Virus record (IMG/VR): IMGVR_UViG_3300037483_000307
Span: 1 to 32,804 of that record
Length of the DNA stretch: 32,804 nucleotides
Direction: 5' to 3' (one strand)
Source: a virus
Lineage: Duplodnaviria; Caudoviricetes
In this document: positions 9,429 to 18,349 of the stretch, piece by piece
Position numbering within the stretch: position 1 is the first letter of the stretch
Layout: every line of letters begins with the position of its first letter
The notes under the pieces: model-generated
What the model was told of the DNA's origin: nothing
What the model saw: only the letters and a program-made list of their open reading frames with translations
Databases searched by the model: none
Program-made: the position numbers and the translations under genes

Positions 9429-10011
9429 TTCCTAAAAATTTTGATGTCATGTTAAAATCGTGAATTTTCAAATAAACGTAACCCTCGTTAATTGTGATAA
9501 CTTTACCAATATGTTTACCCATCATCCCATGAGGTCTGTCATGTACGCATTTCGTCTTTTCACCCCTTTGAACGAGAGCAAGAAACATAGACGTACAATG
9601 TTCGTTATAATCTCTTTCATGCCTGTAGTTAACGCCTTTGTATCTCTTTATTGGTTTGAAATTTATCAAAACATTTTCTTCTCTCTCAGCAATTTTTTTG
9701 ATAAATTCGATGAAAGTTGACACAACCTCATCGTCGCTATCTAACCGAATTTCAACATCGTATTTAAACTTTTCAATACCATCGAAATAGACGTTCAAAT
9801 CTCCAAAGTCTAAATTTTGAATCAACTCCAAATTTTCGGGATGTCCGATATTTCCTAAATGTTCTTTGCAAATTACGAAAATATCAAAATCTTTAAATGT
9901 TTGATTTTTTAATGATGCAATGAAATTATTTTGCATCAATTTCAATCTTGATTTGTCTAACTTTTCAGTATAGCAAAATCTTGTGAATACCGCTATTTTC
10001 ATCTGTACCAA
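9412..10011 (-). CDS. putative glycosyltransferase (rhamnosyltransferase-like, GT-A)
   Basis: VFTRF...R..L....ASL.NQT.KDF and RLDSDD motifs. Confidence 0.7.
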   Translation of the reverse strand: MVQMKIAVFTRFCYTEKLDKSRLKLMQNNFIASLKNQTFKDFDIFVICKEHLGNIGHPENLELIQNLDFGDLNVYFDGIEKFKYDVEIRLDSDDEVVSTFIEFIKKIAEREENVLINFKPIKRYKGVNYRHERDYNEHCTSMFLALVQRGEKTKCVHDRPHGMMGKHIGKVITINEGYVYLKIHDFNMTSKFLGNEIRH

Positions 10012-10622
10012 CTTCTGATTATTTCTATTTGATTTTTCCTTAAATTTTGATATTCTTTCGTGACAATGCCTATTGATTTTTGACCGCTATGTCTGCGATA
10101 GTAAGCAAGTGTTTCATCGACATACCTAAACTTCAAATGATTATATAAACACCTTAGATTAAATTCATACTCCTCCGCTGTCCACAAACTTTCATTAAAC
10201 AAACCCATCTTTTCAAACACTTCTTTTCGATACATCAATGTACCACCATGTACATAATTATTTACTATCATATTTCCAATATTCAAATATTTTTTCAAAG
10301 GTCTGTAAATTATCCCTTTTGAAACGATTTCTTTAAATACAATTGCGTTTCCGTGGATTACATCGGTAGCAGGAGTAAATGCCTTTACACTTTTTTCGAT
10401 TGAATCTTTTGGTAACATATCATCATCACACAAATATTTAATAAAATCGCCTGTACTTTTTTCAATTCCATTGTTAAAATTATGAGACATTGATTTGTGC
10501 GATTGCGAAATAATTAATTCTACATTGCTATACGTTTGATTTTCTACTGATTGGAGGGCTTCATTTAAAAATCCTCTGTCTTTGTTGAACGGGATGATGA
10601 TGCTTACTTTTGGTTTTTTCAT
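9999..10622 (-). CDS. family 2 glycosyltransferase
   Basis: PKVSIIIP, QTY.NVELI, N.GI..STGDFI.YL.DDD, GLFNESL..AEEYEF.LR, YYRRH. Confidence 0.9.
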   Translation of the reverse strand: MKKPKVSIIIPFNKDRGFLNEALQSVENQTYSNVELIISQSHKSMSHNFNNGIEKSTGDFIKYLCDDDMLPKDSIEKSVKAFTPATDVIHGNAIVFKEIVSKGIIYRPLKKYLNIGNMIVNNYVHGGTLMYRKEVFEKMGLFNESLWTAEEYEFNLRCLYNHLKFRYVDETLAYYRRHSGQKSIGIVTKEYQNLRKNQIEIIRSWYR

Positions 10623-12817
10623 AATTGACTTAAAGTGATTGATTGCTGATTATTGTCGGTTGCTTTTTTGATGTCGCTTTCTAAAACGGTAACCGTAGTC
10701 CCCCCTGTTGTTGGCGGATTGAGTAAATCATTTGTGGAAGTTCCACTAGCACCTACTCCTTGCTGCCCTTGTGGTTCTGTTGGGATTGTCGGCTTAGATA
10801 TGCTTGGGGCAGAAATACCACCGCCACCGCCACCGCCACCGCCACCGGGAACTTTTGTTGAAACAATTTTTTTCACATTCATTATTCCTGCCGCCACCGC
10901 TAAACCTGCTGCTATGGGGCCCAAAATCCATCCTACAATAGGAATGCTTGAGGCACTAGAATATGCTCCTGTCGCAGCTTTGTAAGTATCAATTGTAGCC
11001 TGTGCAACTGCTGCTGCCTTTGCTTCTGCACTACCCTCTTTTAGCATTGAACTAATGCTTCCTAGCATTAGTTCAGAAGAATTTATAGCATTGTCTATTT
11101 CTTGTTTCTTTAATGCCTTTTTAAAATCATTTTCTTCTTTTGCTATTGCTTTTTTCTTACTAGAATGTTGTGCTTCTAACAATTCAATTTTCGCCTGTTT
11201 CTCTTCTATTGGAATTAATTCATTTGTTAAATTATTTCGCAAAGATTCCAATTCTAATGCCGCTCTTTCTTCTGCAATTTCATCCATCACCGCATAGTAC
11301 TCTTCCATTTCCTCCGGTGTTGGATTGTCAGAAAGTCCACCTGCATTTAATTCTTTTAATTCCAATTTCAATTCTGCCAACCGTTCGGCTTTCAAAATTT
11401 CATCTTCTATTTTTTTGTCATCCCATTTTTTTTGAATCTCGGAAATTTCAGCACGTTGTGCATCTTCCAATGCAGCACTATCAATGCCGTATTTTTTCGC
11501 AGCTTCAATTTGAGCAAAGTATTTATCATAAACAGCATTTTTTTCTTGTTCGATTTTTGAAAGCTTTGCATCTTCAGCAGCGTTTTCTTTTTCAATAATT
11601 TTATTAATAGCTTCTGCCCTTAAATTAGCTTCTTCATCTAAAGATTTCTTTATATCTGCTAATTTTTCATCTGCTATTTTTTTTGATTTTTCATTTGATG
11701 AAATTATAATTTTTGCAGTTTCATCGGCAGCCTTTTTTTCTTCTGTTAATTTTGCGACTGTAATTTCTCTATAAGTTGATTGAGCAAGTTTCTTTATCTT
11801 TTTTATTTGTTTTTTTTGTTCGTCTGTTGCTCCTCCGTTTAAGATTGCCGTTTCATAAATCGCCTGTGCGGCAACTTTTAGCGTCTCAATTATTGCAGCT
11901 CTCTTAGCCTGTTCTAATTCAAAAGTATTTTTACCTGCTGCCTTTGCCTTTGCTATCTCAAAATCAAAACGCCCACCAACAGCTTCAAGAGTTTCGTCCA
12001 TTTGGGCAACTAATTCCTTGTTTTTTTTAGTGACGGCATCGTCTGCCAATCCCATTGCTTCCAGTCCTTTTGTAAATTCATCAAAAGACCTCTTTACCTC
12101 GTCAACAATAGGTTTTAGCCATTTGAATCTTTCACCGACATTTGTAACCCACCCACTTACATCTTTAAAATTTGCTATTAAAGCTCCAATAGCTAAAATT
12201 ATAAGACCTATTCCTGTAGCTGCAAGTGCAATTTTAAAGACCTTCAAAGCACCTGTTGAAGTTCCAACAACAGCCGTATAAGCAGCCTGTGCCGCACCCA
12301 TAACCTTAGTTGCAACGGCATTGGCTTCCATAACCAACAAACTATCACCTATTGATTGAGTGCCTAATTGTTGTACCCCATTCATTACCGATTGAATAGC
12401 AACTAATTTTTGAATGGATTTAGTTACCTCCTCATTTTCTTCACCAAATAATGCAGCTCCTCCCATCGCTATCTGTGCCGCAGAACCAATTGCTGTAAAT
12501 CCTTTAACAACTAAATCAAGTTTCTTGGTATCGGATGCGTAGGCTTCAATACCTTTTCGAGCATCATCCATCCTCTCTCTCAATTTCCCTGCTTCCTGTG
12601 CTAATTTCTGATACTCTTTACTTCCTTTATCTGACATTGATGTCATCTGATCCATGTACTTACGCAACTGCCCTCTGGCAGAAACAACCTTGTTTTCTAA
12701 CTGCTCAACTCCTTTTTTTTGGTCGCCCAACTCCTTAAAAGCAGTTTCAACTTTTTCAACATTGCTAACTGAATCGGCTGTATCTAATTTTAACTTTAAT
12801 ATTATTTCCTTTTCCAT
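10619..12817 (-). CDS. tail tape measure protein
   Basis: 732 aa, Ala/Lys/Glu-rich helical; ALAATGIGLIILAIGALIANF and IPIVGWILGPIAAGLA hydrophobic segments; Gly-rich C-terminus. Confidence 0.85.
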   Translation of the reverse strand: MEKEIILKLKLDTADSVSNVEKVETAFKELGDQKKGVEQLENKVVSARGQLRKYMDQMTSMSDKGSKEYQKLAQEAGKLRERMDDARKGIEAYASDTKKLDLVVKGFTAIGSAAQIAMGGAALFGEENEEVTKSIQKLVAIQSVMNGVQQLGTQSIGDSLLVMEANAVATKVMGAAQAAYTAVVGTSTGALKVFKIALAATGIGLIILAIGALIANFKDVSGWVTNVGERFKWLKPIVDEVKRSFDEFTKGLEAMGLADDAVTKKNKELVAQMDETLEAVGGRFDFEIAKAKAAGKNTFELEQAKRAAIIETLKVAAQAIYETAILNGGATDEQKKQIKKIKKLAQSTYREITVAKLTEEKKAADETAKIIISSNEKSKKIADEKLADIKKSLDEEANLRAEAINKIIEKENAAEDAKLSKIEQEKNAVYDKYFAQIEAAKKYGIDSAALEDAQRAEISEIQKKWDDKKIEDEILKAERLAELKLELKELNAGGLSDNPTPEEMEEYYAVMDEIAEERAALELESLRNNLTNELIPIEEKQAKIELLEAQHSSKKKAIAKEENDFKKALKKQEIDNAINSSELMLGSISSMLKEGSAEAKAAAVAQATIDTYKAATGAYSSASSIPIVGWILGPIAAGLAVAAGIMNVKKIVSTKVPGGGGGGGGGGISAPSISKPTIPTEPQGQQGVGASGTSTNDLLNPPTTGGTTVTVLESDIKKATDNNQQSITLSQL
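10817..10846. repeat. in-frame 6-bp tandem repeat (GGTGGC)n encoding Gly10 in the tape measure
   Basis: accaccgccaccgccaccgccaccgccacc on the + strand. Confidence 0.8.
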
Positions 12818-12824
12818 TTTTATC

Positions 12825-15377
12825 TTATTTTAAAAACCAGCCCGTCATTGTCAATTTTCTTTCAGGGCTACTGTAAATAAACGTGTTGCTCTCGTATTCA
12901 TTTGCATAAACAATCGAAGCCTGACCGCTTATATTTCCACTTGCTGCAACAACCGTAACTCGATTGCCAGTACCCCCATCTTGCTGAATAGTTACTTCCA
13001 TCCCATTGGACACATCCATCGGTAAGGTGATAGTGAATGCACCACCTGTTACTTTTGCAAATATCATTGCACCATCATCAACGTCATAGGTGTAAGTTGT
13101 TGATACCTCCGTGGTCTTAGCGACCTGCCTGTTTTGCATTCCACCAACGGCAGCCTTTCCCCTTGGTGGTGGTGTATTACTTATTCGAGGACTTCGGGCT
13201 TCAAGGACTTTTATCAATTCATGTTTAGTTGTCTCAAAACCAGTTGCATCAAAATCATTAATCAAATTTTTACGATAAACAACGCCGTTCACGTTTACCA
13301 ATCGTGCCATGAAGTCCCCTTGCAAATCTCTTTCGTTTATTTTAAAATATGCTTTCAGCATCTTACTATCAATTGCAGTCAATTCTTTGATAAAAATATC
13401 CCAAAAAGTTGAATAAAGATTAATATTTGTATACGCCGATGTGGTGTAATAGATTTCAATAGGCACTCCAAAATTCAAATCAAAAGTTGGCGAAGCAACA
13501 TCGTTAACATGATGAGCTAGTGGGTAAGAGGTTTCTGCTGTTGCTGCTCCTGTTGTCGAATTGAGCAAATCCCAATCGCCAACCTCTAATCCATTGTAAA
13601 TAAAAATTCTTGGTTTTCCTTTATACGGAGTTACCACATTGGTAATTTCATCTCTAGTAACAATTTGTGGGATTACCAAATCACCGACTTGAACAGGCAC
13701 GGATTGTGCAAACACCAATTGATATAATTTGTCGCCTTTCTTAAAAGTTGTCGGGACATCGTAAAATAAATCACCGTAATCAATCCCCCACCGCTTGAAG
13801 TAATATAATTTGTAAGCATCTCTATCTTCTGCAAATCGAAATTTATAAACTTTTCCGTCAATATTAGCCGAGGAGGTAATTGTGATGTCTTTTCCTTCGT
13901 CTAATTTCCCTGTGTAATTTTCGGCGTCCGCTGTACTTCCATAATAATAATCAAAAGCATCCAGACGGATGACATCATCTTCGTCTGGCTCGGACATATA
14001 CAAATTACACATTGTGATAATTGAGTTCACAAAATCACGGCATTTTATATTTGGCATCCATCGGGCAACCTCTACATTGTCACCTTCTGAAAGACCTATA
14101 TTAATTGCCGTTAATTTAAAAAATGTTCCTGCTGAATATGCCGTAGAATAATATACAATAGGAGGGGTGCTCCCACTTGTTAAAGATTCGGTAGTTGCCA
14201 AAATAACTCCTCTATTTTTAAATTCCAATTCATCACCTGCATTTAATTGAGATTGGATATTTATTGAAACAGATGGAGAAGCACCCCCAAGTCCAATTAA
14301 TTCTCCAGCGGTTGCAATTTGAGTTCCATTTTTATAAACCGAAATGTCGAACAGCCCTTGAACGCTGACGGACAAAAAGCTTCCAGTAAATCCGATGTTG
14401 GTAGTGCCATTTATGGTAAATTCAATCTTATAAACGCCTGTTTCGGCAATTGTTAATTTCTTAGCCGTCTGGTTAAACTGCGAATTATCGTCATCAACTA
14501 ATGCAGCAGTACCAATTGTAAAATTGCCCACCCAATTATATTTATGTTGCCAAAATCCGCTTTGTGGAATTGATTGATATGGTGGGATCCCCGGACTGCT
14601 ATACGAAAAAGGAATATCATAGTGGCACAACCTAGCCTGTACTTGCAACGCTGTTAGTAATATTTTATCCCCTCCACTTAATCCAAAAATTAGTCGTTTG
14701 AATGTTTGGCTGTTAAATAATGTACCAGTAATTGTATACCCGCCAACAGCAAAACATTTCCGCAAGGCTTCTAAAACATAAAAATAAGGTAATAATTCAT
14801 TAGTCTTTGGTGATATTTGATTCGCAGCGTATCCAAAATTTATTAAAGGATAAACATATCCAAAACCTTTGGGTGCTCCCCCTGCTGTAAAGTTAGAAGT
14901 AGGCACTCCATTCACTTCAACAGAAGTATCCCAACTCAATTCTAAATTAGCAATTGTCAGGTCATGGTCATATTCTGACCAACCCAATTCGGGCAATGTC
15001 ATGTCTCCTAATTTTTCAAACAAGCCTACTGATTTTCCAAATATTTGAAAGTCAAAATAGTATATGCCTTTCGATTTAGTCGTAGCCATATAATGGGCCA
15101 CTCCAGAAAAGACAACATACCCTTTTCTTTTTACCTCGGCAATTAGTTCAGCATTTGGATTAAAATCAAAACCTACACCAACATCTTCTAAAGATAAGGA
15201 GTAAGCAGCAAACATAACATTAAGGTTATTTTGTGTGCCTTTAATCTTGATTGTCTTGCTGCGATTTCTAGCTCGTTTATCGGGGTGTCGAATGTCAGCA
15301 ACTGAGTACGTCAATGGCATGATGATATTTTCATCAATATCAATCTGTTGTCCGTTTATTCTAAATTCTAAAACCAT
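12825..15377 (-). CDS. large tail tip/hub protein
   Basis: 850 aa; LTYSVADI....R....SKTI..GT..N N-terminus, YPLINFG, KPRIF..NG; beta-rich C-terminal domain (AFTITLP...). Confidence 0.7.
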   Translation of the reverse strand: MVLEFRINGQQIDIDENIIMPLTYSVADIRHPDKRARNRSKTIKIKGTQNNLNVMFAAYSLSLEDVGVGFDFNPNAELIAEVKRKGYVVFSGVAHYMATTKSKGIYYFDFQIFGKSVGLFEKLGDMTLPELGWSEYDHDLTIANLELSWDTSVEVNGVPTSNFTAGGAPKGFGYVYPLINFGYAANQISPKTNELLPYFYVLEALRKCFAVGGYTITGTLFNSQTFKRLIFGLSGGDKILLTALQVQARLCHYDIPFSYSSPGIPPYQSIPQSGFWQHKYNWVGNFTIGTAALVDDDNSQFNQTAKKLTIAETGVYKIEFTINGTTNIGFTGSFLSVSVQGLFDISVYKNGTQIATAGELIGLGGASPSVSINIQSQLNAGDELEFKNRGVILATTESLTSGSTPPIVYYSTAYSAGTFFKLTAINIGLSEGDNVEVARWMPNIKCRDFVNSIITMCNLYMSEPDEDDVIRLDAFDYYYGSTADAENYTGKLDEGKDITITSSANIDGKVYKFRFAEDRDAYKLYYFKRWGIDYGDLFYDVPTTFKKGDKLYQLVFAQSVPVQVGDLVIPQIVTRDEITNVVTPYKGKPRIFIYNGLEVGDWDLLNSTTGAATAETSYPLAHHVNDVASPTFDLNFGVPIEIYYTTSAYTNINLYSTFWDIFIKELTAIDSKMLKAYFKINERDLQGDFMARLVNVNGVVYRKNLINDFDATGFETTKHELIKVLEARSPRISNTPPPRGKAAVGGMQNRQVAKTTEVSTTYTYDVDDGAMIFAKVTGGAFTITLPMDVSNGMEVTIQQDGGTGNRVTVVAASGNISGQASIVYANEYESNTFIYSSPERKLTMTGWFLK

Positions 15378-16535
15378 TTATACAACCGTTGAAGTATCAT
15401 TGTTTTTATGTATCATAAATTTTTCTAAAAATACCATGTCGTTTTCACTTGTCTTTTCCTCCCCTCCTGTATCGGTAATACGTACAGGGATTAGATTATC
15501 ATCTTCAAATAGAAAAACTAAAGGAGAAGTCAATAACTCATTTATTAACCAATGTTGCTCGTCTTCGTTTAACCAATCCGTTTGAACTTCCAACTTGTTT
15601 TCGATTTTCTTCACATAGTCTGTGGACCCACCCAATGTATAGCCAAAAACGCCAGAATCATCTAATCTTCCAAATGTTTCTTGGAACGGTTCGCCTTTTA
15701 CCTTTAATTTTGTTCGGCTTCTTTTGATAAACGTGAACGGCTCTAAGCCACCAATGGATGACATAAACACTAAATGCTTATAAGTATTTGAATAATCACG
15801 GTCATCTATCCATATCGTCAAAACCTCACTTACAATTGCTGCTGCTGCCGTTTGAACATGAATGGTAAAATATGAAGTGTCGTCAATTTCTTGCTGTGAC
15901 ATCCCGATCCCAAGTAAAATTGCATTGTCAAAATAATAGGTAGTTAGGGATGTTGATGTAGCTATTGCAGGGGCGTAAGTAAATATCAATGAATCGGTGC
16001 TATCATAGCAATTTACCTCCAATTGTACGTCCTCCTCATTCGTTATAAATGTATAGAAATTTGGCGTTGATAAATTGATGTATCTCTTTATATTTCGTGG
16101 AAAAAAAGAGAGCCACAATTTTGAATCTGCGAAGATGTAGCTGTTTTGCAATAATGATAGAAATTTGCTTTTACTTAACTTTCCTTTATACGTGTTTATA
16201 GTTGATGTTGCCGATGATTGCCGTGTTGGCGTTGTTCCATATTTTTCAAAAACTTCAACTTCAACTTCAACAAAATTTGCACTTGAAAATTCCAGTGCAC
16301 TTGTTAAGGGAAATATTTTGTTGCAATATCTTTCAGCGACATCTGAGCAGTCGATATGTGCTTTTATTCCAACCTCAGGAAATACCTCATGCGTTTCAAT
16401 TACGTTTCCATCTACTGAAATATCAATTGAGTAAGAAAAATTATCTTGAGCCGTTTCATCGCTTGAAAATACGAATACCAAAGGGTTGCCACTTGGAGTG
16501 AAATTGTTAGGACTAGAGTGAATAGTTACCGCCAT
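15378..16535 (-). CDS. tail protein (distal-tail-like)
   Basis: NPLVFVFS N-terminus; F.SSIGGLEPFTF, TDWLNE, ELLTSPLVFL motifs of Bacteroidota siphovirus tail proteins. Confidence 0.65.
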   Translation of the reverse strand: MAVTIHSSPNNFTPSGNPLVFVFSSDETAQDNFSYSIDISVDGNVIETHEVFPEVGIKAHIDCSDVAERYCNKIFPLTSALEFSSANFVEVEVEVFEKYGTTPTRQSSATSTINTYKGKLSKSKFLSLLQNSYIFADSKLWLSFFPRNIKRYINLSTPNFYTFITNEEDVQLEVNCYDSTDSLIFTYAPAIATSTSLTTYYFDNAILLGIGMSQQEIDDTSYFTIHVQTAAAAIVSEVLTIWIDDRDYSNTYKHLVFMSSIGGLEPFTFIKRSRTKLKVKGEPFQETFGRLDDSGVFGYTLGGSTDYVKKIENKLEVQTDWLNEDEQHWLINELLTSPLVFLFEDDNLIPVRITDTGGEEKTSENDMVFLEKFMIHKNNDTSTVV

Positions 16536-16546
16536 CTTATTTTTAT

Positions 16547-16735
16547 TTAAAATAATTTATCATTACTTGGAAATTTCATTTGTTCGCAAACATCATTATA
16601 ATGATGCATTATTTTTTTCACAACATCGTGGATGGAATTTTGGCAAATTATTTCTTTTTTACCAATTTTTATTAGAACAACTTCCGAATCAAAATTTTTA
16701 AACGATTTTTTAATGTATTCAATTTTTACTTCCAT
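16547..16735 (-). CDS. hypothetical protein
   Basis: 62-aa ORF tightly packed in the operon. Confidence 0.55.
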   Translation of the reverse strand: MEVKIEYIKKSFKNFDSEVVLIKIGKKEIICQNSIHDVVKKIMHHYNDVCEQMKFPSNDKLF

Positions 16736-16736
16736 T

Positions 16737-17306
16737 TTATTTTATGTTTAAAAATATTAGTTTGCCTGTTTCTTTACTAATCAACGCTGCTATTTCATTG
16801 ATGAAATTTTCACTTAAAACTTTGTCGACAAAATGGGTCGGTTTTATTCCGAATTTTTTGGTGTTAATTGCTGCACCCCAAGCTGCTGATAAAGTGTTTT
16901 TTTTATCGGAATAAGCATCCATCACCCCCTTTCTTGTTGACCCCTCTTCAAAACTCTCAACCATTTTTCTTGAGGGATAAAGATTTTTAAAATAGTAAGG
17001 CGAACCGAAAGCAACTTGAAATCCGTTTACCCTTCGAAATCCGTTTACCCCTTGATTTACAAAGTCCCAATAATGATTGGCTTCAATATTTATTGATATT
17101 TTACCACCCTCCTGTACTACCGCTAATGGCTTAATGGATTGACTTAACGATGAACCTTGCATCTTCAAACCTTCTTGCATTTCCTTGATTATTCGATTAG
17201 CTATATCTAAAATTAGCTGCTCAATAGGATTGTTAGAAGTCATTTTAAATGATTTCTTTATTTTACCAATGTCGGCTAATGCCTCTTTCAATCCTACTAA
17301 TTCCAT
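16737..17306 (-). CDS. putative neck/tail-completion protein
   Basis: SLSQSI, YWDFVNQGVNG, GIKPTHF motifs. Confidence 0.55.
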   Translation of the reverse strand: MELVGLKEALADIGKIKKSFKMTSNNPIEQLILDIANRIIKEMQEGLKMQGSSLSQSIKPLAVVQEGGKISINIEANHYWDFVNQGVNGFRRVNGFQVAFGSPYYFKNLYPSRKMVESFEEGSTRKGVMDAYSDKKNTLSAAWGAAINTKKFGIKPTHFVDKVLSENFINEIAALISKETGKLIFLNIK

Positions 17307-17488
17307 TACACTTTTAATGATTCCATAAATTTCACAAACAATTCATTTGTTGTCATATTTCGTTCAGATTCAGATTTCCAAACAGATTCATAATTAGACT
17401 TCAAATCATATAATCGAAAGTGATTTTCAGCTATCCACTCAGCAAACCTTAAAGCTAAAGTTGCATTAATGTCTTCTACTCTTTCCAT
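17306..17488 (-). CDS. hypothetical protein
   Basis: 60-aa ORF, FAEWI...T.ELF..F pattern. Confidence 0.55.
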   Translation of the reverse strand: MERVEDINATLALRFAEWIAENHFRLYDLKSNYESVWKSESERNMTTNELFVKFMESLKV

Positions 17489-17568
17489 ATTTTATTTTTT
17501 TAAACTTTTAATCCAGTCGCATTTATGCTTAAACCAAAATATGTTGTTATTTGTAACCTCATCCCACT

Positions 17569-18177
17569 TCATGCCCAACTCTTTAGCCACCGCATGAATC
17601 GAGTTTTCCCAATCATATCTGCCAGACGACCCCCTTTTGTTCTTTGATTTTTTTCCGTACAATTTTTCTTGAAGTTCTCCAATTTCTTTTGCAAAAAAAA
17701 ACGCAAATCTATTAAAATATTAGCAGGTAAATGCGCTCGAAAAATGTCCGCACGTTGTTTGATGGGGTTCAAAATATTACTATTTTTGTCCTTTTGGCAA
17801 TATTCTAATCCCTTTTCAATATAATAGAAAGCTGCAATAGTTGCAGGGTCTGCCATATCGAATGCAGTCATATCAATATGCCAATCCGTAGGCATCTTAC
17901 CTGCTTCAGGGATTAAACAATATTTCAAACCATCAACTTCAAGTTCTTTTGGCAACTCTTTTGACTTATAATATCCAATCAAAATGAAATAGTGTTCCAA
18001 AATAGCCATGACATCATCAAACGCCATACGTTTAATCGTCTTTATATCTATGCCTGTAAATGATGAACACAAATACGCCCGGTCAGCTATTGTGATTGTT
18101 TCTAAGTCGACCTTTGCCATGGCTTCTAAATGGCGTTGTCTTAATTCATTAATTTCTTTTGGTAGCTTTATCTGCAT
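17569..18177 (-). CDS. tail assembly chaperone (G-like); a -1 frameshift would give a longer GT-like form ending at 17492
   Basis: Slippery run CGT TTT TTT TTG at 17693-17701; the -1 frame is open to TAA at 17492. Confidence 0.65.
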   Translation of the reverse strand: MQIKLPKEINELRQRHLEAMAKVDLETITIADRAYLCSSFTGIDIKTIKRMAFDDVMAILEHYFILIGYYKSKELPKELEVDGLKYCLIPEAGKMPTDWHIDMTAFDMADPATIAAFYYIEKGLEYCQKDKNSNILNPIKQRADIFRAHLPANILIDLRFFLQKKLENFKKNCTEKNQRTKGGRLADMIGKTRFMRWLKSWA

Positions 18178-18331
18178 CTTCTTGACTTTTATAAAATTTC
18201 GCTTTACCTAAACAACATTGTTTATACTTCTTGCCGCTTTCGCAGGGGCAAATATCATTACGTCCAATCGTAACGTGCAAATGTTGTATGGGTGTTCTTT
18301 TTAGTTTGAATTTCTTTAATTTTTTCATCAT
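18149..18331 (-). CDS. stand-alone SEC-C motif (Zn-binding) protein
   Basis: IGRNDICPCESGKKYKQCC is a SEC-C consensus match. Confidence 0.85.
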   Translation of the reverse strand: MMKKLKKFKLKRTPIQHLHVTIGRNDICPCESGKKYKQCCLGKAKFYKSQEDADKATKRN

Positions 18332-18332
18332 T

Positions 18333-18340
18333 CAAATTTA
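18333..18340 (-). promoter_or_regulatory. -7 promoter box (TAAATTTG) for the tail operon
   Basis: TAnnTTTG in the terL/SEC-C intergenic gap; ATG 18328 follows after a 4-nt spacer. Confidence 0.55.
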
Positions 18341-18349
18341 TAAAAAAAA

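Noticed and set aside
10817-10846. Phase-variable contingency repeat in the tape measure
   Set aside because: The unit is 6 bp and in frame, so slippage would only change a Gly linker.
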